Part shown: positions 1 to 8,114 of the stretch, piece by piece | Numbering within the stretch: the stretch's first letter is position 1 | Layout of the letters: each line of letters opens with the position of its first letter | Assembly: GCF_001457595.1 (NCBI RefSeq) | Contig: NZ_LN831039.1 | Span: forward strand, 870,001-902,000 | DNA length: 32,000 bases | Direction: 5' to 3' | From: Mycolicibacterium smegmatis | GTDB lineage: Bacteria > Actinomycetota > Actinomycetes > Mycobacteriales > Mycobacteriaceae | Notes under the pieces: generated by a model | What the model saw: the letters and a program-made list of their open reading frames with translations, nothing else | What the model was told of the DNA's origin: nothing | Databases searched by the model: none | Position numbers and translations under genes: made by a program

Positions 1-1
1 C

Positions 2-301
2 ACGATGCTCGCGGCGATGGCCTCAGGGCACTCGGTGAACACCGTCGAGGGCATGGAGGTCGACGGCAAGCTGGACCCGGTGCAGGAGGGCTTCATGCAG
101 TGCCACGGCCTGCAGTGCGGATTCTGCACCCCCGGCATGATGATCACCGCCCGCGCGCTGCTGCGGCAGAACCCCGACCCCACCGAAGAGGAGATCCGCG
201 AAGCGATCTCGGGGCAGATCTGCCGGTGTACGGGCTACACCACGATCGTGCGTTCCGTGCAGTGGGCGGCACGCCACGCACGGGAGGAGGCCAAGGCATG
301 A
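2..301 (+). CDS. coxS: Aerobic CO dehydrogenase small [2Fe-2S] subunit, C-terminal part (5' end outside window)
   Basis: The frame is open from the window edge. Motifs CGFCTPGMM and CRCTGY are typical of CoxS/xanthine-dehydrogenase-type iron-sulfur subunits. Stop TGA 299-301 overlaps the next ATG (ATGA). Confidence 0.9.
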   Translation, partial: TMLAAMASGHSVNTVEGMEVDGKLDPVQEGFMQCHGLQCGFCTPGMMITARALLRQNPDPTEEEIREAISGQICRCTGYTTIVRSVQWAARHAREEAKA

Positions 302-2697
302 CCACGCTGGAGAACCCGGTCGAGCGCCCCGAGGACACCGCGGTCAACGACGCGAAACCGTGCGGCCACGGCCGGATGCTGCGCAAGGAGGATCCGCGCT
401 TCATCCGCGGGCGCGGAAACTATGTGGACGACGTCAAGCTGCCCGGCATGCTGCACCTGGCGATCCTGCGCTCGCCGTATGCACATGCCACGATCAACTC
501 GATCGATGTGACGGCGGCACAGGCACATCCGAAGGTCAAGGCCGTGGTGACCGGCGCCGACCTCGCGGCCAAGGGCCTGGCGTGGATGCCCACGCTGTCC
601 AACGACGTGCAGGCCGTGCTGGCCACCGACAAGGTGCGCTTCCAGGGTCAGGAGGTCGCGTTCGTCGTCGCCGAGGACCGCTACTCGGCGCGAGACGCAC
701 TGGAACTCATCGACGTCGACTACGAACCGCTCGACCCGGTGATCGACGCCCGCCACGCGCTGGACCCCGGCGCCCCGGTGATCCGCACCGACCTCGACGG
801 CAAGACCGACAACCACTGCTTCGACTGGGAGACCGGGGACGCCGCGGCCACCGACGCCGTGTTCGCCAAGGCAGACGTGGTGGTCAAACAGGAGATGGTC
901 TACCCACGGGTGCATCCCGCGCCCATGGAGACCTGCGGCGCGGTGGCCGATCTGGATCCGGTGACCGGAAAGCTCACGCTGTGGTCCACCACGCAGGCCC
1001 CGCACGCGCACCGCACGCTGTACGCGCTCGTGGCGGGCCTGCCCGAACACAAGATCCGCGTCATCTCACCCGACATCGGCGGCGGTTTCGGCAACAAGGT
1101 GCCCATCTACCCCGGGTACGTGTGCGCGATCGTGGGGTCGCTGCTGCTGGGCAAGCCCGTCAAGTGGATGGAAGACCGCAGCGAAAACCTCACCAGCACA
1201 GGCTTCGCGCGCGACTACATCATGGTCGGCGAGATCGCCGCGACCCGTGACGGCAAGATCCTCGCGATCCGTTCCAACGTGCTGGCCGACCACGGCGCCT
1301 TCAACGGCACCGCGGCCCCGGTGAAGTACCCGGCCGGGTTCTTCGGGGTGTTCACCGGCAGCTACGACATCGAGGCCGCCTACTGCCACATGACCGCCGT
1401 GTACACCAACAAGGCACCCGGTGGGGTGGCATATGCGTGCTCGTTCCGGATCACCGAGGCCGTGTACTTCGTGGAACGCCTGGTCGACTGCCTGGCGTAC
1501 GAGCTCAAGATGGATCCCGCGCAGCTTCGGCTGCAGAACCTGCTGAAAGCCGAACAATTCCCGTACACGTCGAAGACCGGCTGGGTGTACGACTCGGGTG
1601 ATTACGAGAAGACCATGCGCCTGGCGATGGAGATGGTCGACTACGAGGGGCTGCGCGCCGAACAGGCCGAGAAACGCAAACGCGGTGAGCTCATGGGCAT
1701 CGGCATGTCGTTCTTCACCGAGGCCGTCGGAGCCGGCCCCCGCAAGGACATGGACATCCTGGGTCTCGGCATGGCCGACGGGTGTGAGTTGCGGGTACAC
1801 CCGACCGGCAAAGCCGTTGTGCGGCTGTCGGTGCAGAGCCAGGGGCAGGGACACGAGACCACGTTCGCCCAGATCGTCGCCGAGGAGCTCGGCATCCCGC
1901 CCGAGGACATCGACGTGGTGCACGGCGACACCGATCAGACCCCGTTCGGGCTGGGCACCTACGGCAGCCGGTCCACGCCGGTGTCCGGTGCGGCCGCCGC
2001 GCTGGTGGCCCGCAAGGTGCGCGACAAGGCGAAGATCATCGCCGCGGGCATGCTGGAGGCCTCGATCGCCGACCTGGAGTGGGACAAGGGCTCTTTCCAC
2101 ATCAAGGGTGATCCGTCGGCGTCGGTGACCATCGCCGACATCGCGATGCGAGCGCACGGCGCGGGGGATCTGCCCGAGGGATTGGAGGGCGGCCTGGACG
2201 CCCAGATCTGTTACAACCCCTCCAATCTCACGTATCCCTACGGTGCGTACTTCTGCGTCGTCGACATCGACCCGGGCACCGCGGTGGTCAAGGTCCGGCG
2301 GTTCGTCGCGGTCGACGACTGCGGCACCCGGATCAACCCGATGATCATCGAGGGGCAGATCCACGGTGGCCTGGTCGACGGCATCGGGATGGCGCTCATG
2401 GAGATGATCGCGTTCGACGAGGACGGGAACTGCCTGGGCGGATCGCTCATGGACTACCTCATCCCCACGGCGATGGAGGTGCCGCACTTCGAGACCGGCC
2501 ACACCGTCACCCCGTCACCGCACCACCCGATCGGGGCCAAGGGCATCGGCGAATCCGCCACCGTGGGTTCACCGCCCGCCGTGGTCAACGCCGTGGTGGA
2601 TGCGCTGGCGCCGTACGGTGTCCGCCACGCCGACATGCCGCTCACCCCGTCACGGGTGTGGGAGGCGATGCAGGGCCGGGCCACACCGCCGATCTAG
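298..2697 (+). CDS. coxL: Form-I Mo-Cu CO dehydrogenase large subunit
   Basis: 799 aa from ATG 298 (MTTLENPV...). It contains VAYACSFR, the AYXCSFR active-site loop diagnostic of form-I CoxL. The sequence is molybdopterin hydroxylase-like throughout. The track start at 100 is an in-frame extension lying inside coxS. Confidence 0.93.
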   Translation: MTTLENPVERPEDTAVNDAKPCGHGRMLRKEDPRFIRGRGNYVDDVKLPGMLHLAILRSPYAHATINSIDVTAAQAHPKVKAVVTGADLAAKGLAWMPTLSNDVQAVLATDKVRFQGQEVAFVVAEDRYSARDALELIDVDYEPLDPVIDARHALDPGAPVIRTDLDGKTDNHCFDWETGDAAATDAVFAKADVVVKQEMVYPRVHPAPMETCGAVADLDPVTGKLTLWSTTQAPHAHRTLYALVAGLPEHKIRVISPDIGGGFGNKVPIYPGYVCAIVGSLLLGKPVKWMEDRSENLTSTGFARDYIMVGEIAATRDGKILAIRSNVLADHGAFNGTAAPVKYPAGFFGVFTGSYDIEAAYCHMTAVYTNKAPGGVAYACSFRITEAVYFVERLVDCLAYELKMDPAQLRLQNLLKAEQFPYTSKTGWVYDSGDYEKTMRLAMEMVDYEGLRAEQAEKRKRGELMGIGMSFFTEAVGAGPRKDMDILGLGMADGCELRVHPTGKAVVRLSVQSQGQGHETTFAQIVAEELGIPPEDIDVVHGDTDQTPFGLGTYGSRSTPVSGAAAALVARKVRDKAKIIAAGMLEASIADLEWDKGSFHIKGDPSASVTIADIAMRAHGAGDLPEGLEGGLDAQICYNPSNLTYPYGAYFCVVDIDPGTAVVKVRRFVAVDDCGTRINPMIIEGQIHGGLVDGIGMALMEMIAFDEDGNCLGGSLMDYLIPTAMEVPHFETGHTVTPSPHHPIGAKGIGESATVGSPPAVVNAVVDALAPYGVRHADMPLTPSRVWEAMQGRATPPI

Positions 2698-2715
2698 GCA
2701 CGAGATGGAGGCGCG

Positions 2716-3453
2716 ATGACCCCGATGACCCCGATGCGGCTGCACGACCGGGTGACCGAACTGCGGCGTGCCCGAACACCGTTCGTGCATGCCACGGTGG
2801 TACGTGCCCAGCAGCCCACCTCGGCGCACCCGGGTGACGAGGCGATCCTGTTGCCCGACGGCACCATCGAGGGATTCGTCGGAGGTCACTGCGCCCAGAA
2901 CTCGGTGCGCCAGGCCGCACTGGGCGCCCTACAGGTGGGGCAGAGTGTGCTGCTGCGGGTGCTGCCCGACGGGGACGTGAGCTTTCCGGAGACACCCGGT
3001 GCGTGCGTCGTGGTCAACCACTGCCTGTCCGGGGGTGCGCTCGAGATCTTCCTCGACCCGCAGGTGCCCGCACCGCTGGTGGGGGTGTTCGGCGGATCGC
3101 CGATCGCCGACGCTCTGGTCGAGGTGACCGCGGTACTGGGCTATGACGTCCGGCGTCTCGACGCCCCGGATCCGTCCGCCCTCGACGGCGCCTCGGCGCT
3201 GGTGATCGCGAGCCTCGGCGGTCCCGAGGCCGATCTGATCCGCGCGGCGCTCGACGCAGGCATCGGCTACATCGGCCTGGTCGCGAGCAGGCGCCGCGGA
3301 TCGGCGATCCTGGACGGGCTCAACCTCACCGAGTCCGAGCGCGCCAGGGTGCACACCCCGGTCGGCCTCGACATCGGGGCGAGGACGCCAGCCGAGATCG
3401 CGGTGTCGATCGCGGCCGAGGTGATCGCGACCGTGCGTGCGCATGGCCGCTGA
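2716..3453 (+). CDS. XdhC/CoxI-family molybdenum-cofactor insertion accessory protein
   Basis: 245 aa with an XdhC-like N-terminal segment (..TIEGFVGGHCAQ..) and a Rossmann-like C-terminal half. GGAGG lies 4 nt upstream of ATG 2716. It sits immediately downstream of coxL. Confidence 0.82.
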   Translation: MTPMTPMRLHDRVTELRRARTPFVHATVVRAQQPTSAHPGDEAILLPDGTIEGFVGGHCAQNSVRQAALGALQVGQSVLLRVLPDGDVSFPETPGACVVVNHCLSGGALEIFLDPQVPAPLVGVFGGSPIADALVEVTAVLGYDVRRLDAPDPSALDGASALVIASLGGPEADLIRAALDAGIGYIGLVASRRRGSAILDGLNLTESERARVHTPVGLDIGARTPAEIAVSIAAEVIATVRAHGR

Positions 3454-4339
3454 GCCGGGTGCCGCGGTGACGGGGTTCGGCGGTGTCGACGATGTGGTGC
3501 GGCGGTTCGACGCCCACGACTACCTGCTCGACGAGGGCACCGCGACGGCGATCTACCTGGCCGTGAGCCTGGGCCGCCCACTGCTGCTGGAAGGCGAACC
3601 CGGAGTGGGCAAGACCACGGCCGCCAAAACCCTTGCAGCCGTACTCGGCACACCGCTGATCCGGTTGCAGTGCTACGAGGGGCTGACGGCCAGTGAGGCG
3701 TTGTACGACTGGAACTACCAGCGCCAACTCCTGTCGATCCGCCTGGCGGAGGCGCGCGGCGGGGAACACCTCGACGAGGCCGCGCTGTACACCGAAAGCT
3801 ACCTCGTCGACCGGCCGATCCTGCAGTGCGTGCGCCACCGCGGACCCAGCAGCCCGGTGCTGCTGGTCGACGAGATCGACCGCGCCGACGACGAATTCGA
3901 GGCACTGCTGCTCGAATTCCTGGGCGAGGCCGCGGTGACGGTACCCGAACTGGGCACCTTCGTCGCCGAACGCCCGCCCGTCGTGGTGCTGACCTCCAAC
4001 CGCAGCCGCGACCTGCACGACGCGCTGCGCCGCCGCTGCCTGTACCACTGGATCGAGTACCCGCAGCGCGCGCAGGCCGTCGCGATCGTGCGGCGCACCG
4101 TACCGGGTGCCACCGATGCCCTGATCGACAGCGCGGTCCAATTCGTCAGCGCCGCACGTGAACTCGACCTGGACAAACCGCCCGGGGTGGCCGAGACCAT
4201 CGACTGGGTCGCCGCGCTGGTGGCGCTGCGGGTCGGTGACCTGGTGGACCCCGCAGCGCTGGGCACCCTCGGCGCGTTGGCCAAGACCCCCGACGACAGC
4301 GGACTGATGCGTGATGCCTTGCTGGACCTGACGAATTGA
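3437..4339 (+). CDS. coxD: MoxR/CoxD-type AAA+ ATPase
   Basis: Walker A is GEPGVGKT and Walker B is LLVDEIDRA. The start (GTG 3437 or ATG 3443) overlaps the upstream stop at 3451-3453; the exact start is uncertain. Confidence 0.85.
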   Translation: MRMAAEPGAAVTGFGGVDDVVRRFDAHDYLLDEGTATAIYLAVSLGRPLLLEGEPGVGKTTAAKTLAAVLGTPLIRLQCYEGLTASEALYDWNYQRQLLSIRLAEARGGEHLDEAALYTESYLVDRPILQCVRHRGPSSPVLLVDEIDRADDEFEALLLEFLGEAAVTVPELGTFVAERPPVVVLTSNRSRDLHDALRRRCLYHWIEYPQRAQAVAIVRRTVPGATDALIDSAVQFVSAARELDLDKPPGVAETIDWVAALVALRVGDLVDPAALGTLGALAKTPDDSGLMRDALLDLTN

Positions 4340-4351
4340 AAGGGAGCGTCG

Positions 4352-5047
4352 ATGAAGATCGCGAACGAGTTCACTGTGAGCGTGCCGATCGAGGACGCGT
4401 GGGACCTGCTCACCGATCTCGACCAGGTGGTGCCGCTCATGCCCGGAGCCAGGCTCACCGGACATGACGGCGACGACGTGCTGGGTGCGGTCAAGGTGAA
4501 GGTGGGCCCGGTGACCAGCGAGTTCGCCGGCAAGGTGCACTTCGTCGAACAGGACCGCGAGCATTTCCGCGCCGTGATCGACGCCAAGGGCAAGGAGACC
4601 CGCGGCACCGGCAACGCCGCGGCGACCGTCACCGCGCAACTGCACGAAGCGGGCACCTCGACCCGCGTGACCGTCGACACCGACCTCAAGGTCGTCGGCA
4701 AGCTCGCGCAGTTCGGCAGCGGCATGCTGCAGCAGGTGTCGGAGAAGCTTCTCGGCCAGTTCGTGGACTCGTTGGAGGCCAAGCTCGCCGGAGAGCGTGA
4801 AAAGCCCAGCGAGACAACACAGACACCGCAGACACCGGTGGCGCAGGCCGCCGAGAAGCCGCAGGAAACCCTGGCCTCGACGGCGCCTGCCGTCGCGGAC
4901 CCCGAACCCATCGACCTGCTCGACCTCGCGGGCGGGGCAGCGCTGAAGAAGTACGGGCCTGCGGTCGCCGGCGCATTCCTGCTCGCGGCGCTGCTGTTCA
5001 CGATCGGCCGACTACGCATGGCCCGCAAGGCCCTTCGCGGCAGATGA
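4352..5047 (+). CDS. coxG: CoxG-family SRPBCC protein with a C-terminal linker and transmembrane tail
   Basis: The N-terminal CoxG/SRPBCC-like domain begins MKIANEFTVSVPIEDAWDLL... GGGAG lies 5 nt upstream of the ATG. The C-terminus has a Pro/Gln/Thr/Glu-rich linker, a hydrophobic helix (AVAGAFLLAALLFTIG) and a basic tail. Confidence 0.85.
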   Translation: MKIANEFTVSVPIEDAWDLLTDLDQVVPLMPGARLTGHDGDDVLGAVKVKVGPVTSEFAGKVHFVEQDREHFRAVIDAKGKETRGTGNAAATVTAQLHEAGTSTRVTVDTDLKVVGKLAQFGSGMLQQVSEKLLGQFVDSLEAKLAGEREKPSETTQTPQTPVAQAAEKPQETLASTAPAVADPEPIDLLDLAGGAALKKYGPAVAGAFLLAALLFTIGRLRMARKALRGR

Positions 5048-6234
5048 CCGCACCGCTGCTGCTGCGCGGCGTCGACCTCGCGGCATTGGCGGTCGCCCTC
5101 GTCGACCGTCTGCGCGCGGCCGGGGTCGCGGTGTCGGCGGTCGGGCCGTCGACGTTGGTGGCGGCCATGCATGTCGTCGCCCCGGTGCGCCGCTCACACC
5201 TGTACTGGGCCGCGCGGCTGACGTTGGTGAGCCGCGCCGAGGATCTCCCCGCATTCGACGGCGTCTTCGATGCGGTGTTCTCCGACGCCGTGCTGGGTGT
5301 GGACCCGCCGAACCTCAAGCGCGGCCAGGCGCCGCCCGGGATACCTGGGCAGTACGCGAACGGCGCCGACAGCGGCGAGTCCGGCGACGGGCTGCCGTGG
5401 ACCACCCGTCCGGCGTCGATCACAGCCGCCGCACACCCGCCCACCGGCTCTGCGATCCCGGATCTCGCGCCGAGTTGGCTGGCCGGCCGGACCGACGAGT
5501 CCTTCGACCAGTTCGACCGGGACGATCTGCACCGACTCGGGACGTGGCTGCAGGGCGCCGAGGCGCACTGGCCGCGGCGACGTACGTTGCGGCACCGGCG
5601 GCATCCGTCGGGCCGGCGTATCGATCTGCGCGAGACCATCCGGGCGTCGCGCACCACCGGGTGGGAACCGGTGCGGCTCGCGCGGACGCGGCGCCGTACC
5701 CGGCCGCGGCGTGTGGTGCTGGTGTGCGACGTGAGCGGCTCGATGCAGCCGTACGCGGTGGTGTACCTGCATCTCATGCGCGCGGCGGCGGTGAGCCGGC
5801 GCGGCGCGGCGCATCCCGAGGTGTTCGCGTTCGCCACCACCTTGACGCGGCTCACCGCGGCGCTGTCGCACCGCTCGCCCGAGGTCGCGGTGACGCGCGC
5901 CAACGCGAAGGTGCACGACCGGTACGGCGGCACCCGCCTGGGCCGGTCGATCGCCGCGCTTCTTGCCGCGCCGCACGGCAACCTGCTGCGCGGGGCCGTA
6001 GTGGTGATCGCCTCCGACGGCTGGGACGCCGACGCGCCCGAGGTGCTGCGGCACGCCATGAGCCGGCTGCGCCGACGCGCGCATCTGGTGGTCTGGCTCA
6101 ATCCGCGGGCCGCGGCGCCAGGTTACGAACCGCTGGCCGGGGCCATGGCCGCGGCGCTGCCGTACTGCGACCACTTCCTCCCCGCGCACACCCTGACCGG
6201 GTTACGCGAGTTGTTCGACGTGCTCGGGGCTTAG
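5044..6234 (+). CDS. coxE: VWA-domain CoxE-type accessory protein
   Basis: ATGA overlap with coxG. A MIDAS-type DxSxS motif occurs in VLVCDVSGSM. The length (396 aa) and position are typical of CoxE. Confidence 0.85.
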   Translation: MTAPLLLRGVDLAALAVALVDRLRAAGVAVSAVGPSTLVAAMHVVAPVRRSHLYWAARLTLVSRAEDLPAFDGVFDAVFSDAVLGVDPPNLKRGQAPPGIPGQYANGADSGESGDGLPWTTRPASITAAAHPPTGSAIPDLAPSWLAGRTDESFDQFDRDDLHRLGTWLQGAEAHWPRRRTLRHRRHPSGRRIDLRETIRASRTTGWEPVRLARTRRRTRPRRVVLVCDVSGSMQPYAVVYLHLMRAAAVSRRGAAHPEVFAFATTLTRLTAALSHRSPEVAVTRANAKVHDRYGGTRLGRSIAALLAAPHGNLLRGAVVVIASDGWDADAPEVLRHAMSRLRRRAHLVVWLNPRAAAPGYEPLAGAMAAALPYCDHFLPAHTLTGLRELFDVLGA

Positions 6235-6908
6235 GAGGCCGGTGAGGCGGCGTCGGTGGCGGTGTCGGTAGAGGAGGCCCGCTTGGCGGCGCGGCGGCGC
6301 TTGTACCACTCGATGAACATCGGTGCGACCGACGCCACGACGATCAGGATGAAGATGGGTTCCAGCAGTTTCTGGATGATCTCGAACTGCCCCAGCCAGT
6401 AACCCAACAGCGTCAGGCCGACACCCCACACGATGGCGCCGAGCACGTTGAAGGCGGTGAACACCGGATAGCGCATCTTGGCCGCACCCGCGGTGATCGG
6501 GGCCAGGGTGCGCACAATCGGCACGAACCGGGCGATCACGATCGCGAACGGCCCGCGCTGTTCGAAGAATTCGTGTGCCTCGTCGAGGTACTTCTGCTTG
6601 AGGATGCGGGCCTCGGGCTTGAACATCGACGTGCCGATGGTCCGGCCGATGATGTAACCCACCTGGCCGCCCAGGATCGCCGCGATCGGGATGAACACCA
6701 GTAGCTGCCACAGCTGGAAGTTGGCGTCCACCGCGGTGCCCTTGGCGGCGGTACCGGCCGCCAGCATGCCCGCCACGAACAGCAGCGAGTCGCCGGGCAG
6801 AACCGGGAACAGCACACCGGACTCGATGAAGACGACGAGCAGGATGCCCACCAGAGCCCAGGTCCCGAAGTATCCGATGAGGTTCAGCGGATCCATGAAG
6901 TCGGGCAT
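6231..6908 (-). CDS. dedA: DedA-family inner membrane protein
   Basis: It has the DedA hallmark ..FIESGVLFPVLPGDSLLFVAG.. and several TM segments. ATG 6908 gives about 225 aa. Alternative in-frame starts are ATG 6896, GTG 6953 and the track start 7049, which would overlap the divergent fba. Confidence 0.8.
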   Translation of the reverse strand: MPDFMDPLNLIGYFGTWALVGILLVVFIESGVLFPVLPGDSLLFVAGMLAAGTAAKGTAVDANFQLWQLLVFIPIAAILGGQVGYIIGRTIGTSMFKPEARILKQKYLDEAHEFFEQRGPFAIVIARFVPIVRTLAPITAGAAKMRYPVFTAFNVLGAIVWGVGLTLLGYWLGQFEIIQKLLEPIFILIVVASVAPMFIEWYKRRRAAKRASSTDTATDAASPAS

Positions 6909-7033
6909 GAGGGCCAGATTGGTCGTAACCTCTGGTAAGGCGGTGTCGATCACGACTCCCAAGGGTACCTGGGCCGTCTGAATGGCCTGTACCTGCGAGA
7001 ACCCGTGTCCAACAGGATCAGAAGGGAAGCGCC

Positions 7034-8071
7034 ATGCCCATTGCCACACCTGAGGTCTACGCCGAGATGCTGGACCGGGCCAAGGCGCACTCGTTCGCGT
7101 TCCCGGCGATCAACTGCGTGGGGTCCGAAAGCATCAATGCGGCCATCAAGGGGTTTGCCGACGCCGGCAGCGACGGCATCATCCAGTTCTCCACCGGTGG
7201 CGCCGAATTCGGGTCGGGCCTGGGCGTCAAGGACATGGTGACCGGCGCGGTCGCGCTCGCGGAGTTCGCGCACGTGGTGGCCGCCAAGTACCCGATCACC
7301 GTGGCGCTGCACACCGACCACTGCCCCAAGGACAAGCTCGACACGTACGTGCGCCCGCTGCTGGCGATCTCCGCCGAGCGTGTCGCCCGGGGTGAGAACC
7401 CGCTGTTCCAGTCGCACATGTGGGACGGGTCCGCGGTGCCGATCGACGAGAACCTCACCATCGCGCAGGAACTGCTCAAGACCGCCGCGGCGGCCAAGAT
7501 CATCCTCGAGGTCGAGATCGGCGTGGTCGGTGGCGAAGAGGACGGCGTCGAGGCCGAGATCAACGACAAGCTCTACACGTCGCCGGAAGACTTCGAGAAG
7601 ACCATCGCGGCGCTGGGCGCGGGCGAGGAGGGGCGGTACCTGCTGGCCGCGACGTTCGGCAATGTGCACGGCGTCTACAAGCCCGGCAACGTGGTGCTCA
7701 AACCCGAGGTGCTGGCCGAGGGGCAGCGCGTGGCCGCGGCCAAACTGGGCCTGCCCGCGGACGCCAAACCGTTCGACTTCGTCTTCCACGGCGGCTCGGG
7801 CTCGCTGAAATCCGAGATCGAGGACTCCCTCAAGTACGGCGTGGTGAAGATGAACGTCGACACCGACACCCAGTACGCATTCACCCGGCCGATCGCCGGG
7901 CACATGTTCACCAACTACGACGGGGTGCTCAAGATCGACGGCGAGGTGGGCAACAAGAAGACCTACGACCCGCGCAGCTACCTGAAGAAGGCCGAGGCGT
8001 CGATGTCGGAGCGGGTGGTCGAGGCCTGCAACGACCTGCACAGCGCGGGACGCAGCGTCACCGCGGCATAA
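7034..8071 (+). CDS. fba: Class II fructose-1,6-bisphosphate aldolase
   Basis: 344 aa, beginning MPIATPEVYAEMLDRAKAHSFAFPAINC..., with a class II FBA pattern throughout. A GAAGGGAAG SD lies upstream. Confidence 0.95.
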   Translation: MPIATPEVYAEMLDRAKAHSFAFPAINCVGSESINAAIKGFADAGSDGIIQFSTGGAEFGSGLGVKDMVTGAVALAEFAHVVAAKYPITVALHTDHCPKDKLDTYVRPLLAISAERVARGENPLFQSHMWDGSAVPIDENLTIAQELLKTAAAAKIILEVEIGVVGGEEDGVEAEINDKLYTSPEDFEKTIAALGAGEEGRYLLAATFGNVHGVYKPGNVVLKPEVLAEGQRVAAAKLGLPADAKPFDFVFHGGSGSLKSEIEDSLKYGVVKMNVDTDTQYAFTRPIAGHMFTNYDGVLKIDGEVGNKKTYDPRSYLKKAEASMSERVVEACNDLHSAGRSVTAA

Positions 8072-8072
8072 C

Positions 8073-8114
8073 CGGGATCAAAAGGCCCGATCGCAAAGGC
8101 CGGATCAAAAGGCG
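8073..8114. repeat. Three tandem 13-15 nt direct repeats at the fba / membrane-protein convergent junction
   Basis: The copies are CGGGATCAAAAGGCC (8073-8087), CGATCGCAAAGGCC (8088-8101) and GGATCAAAAGGCG (8102-8114). The 12-mer GGATCAAAAGGC is exact in copies 1 and 3. Copy 3 carries the last codons and the stop of the minus-strand gene. Confidence 0.7.

Noticed and set aside
100-297. An upstream extension of the coxL ORF, giving an 865-aa version starting at 100.
   Set aside because: The extension lies out of frame inside coxS and translates to an Arg/Pro/His-rich string. ATG 298 overlaps the coxS stop and gives a normal CoxL N-terminus.
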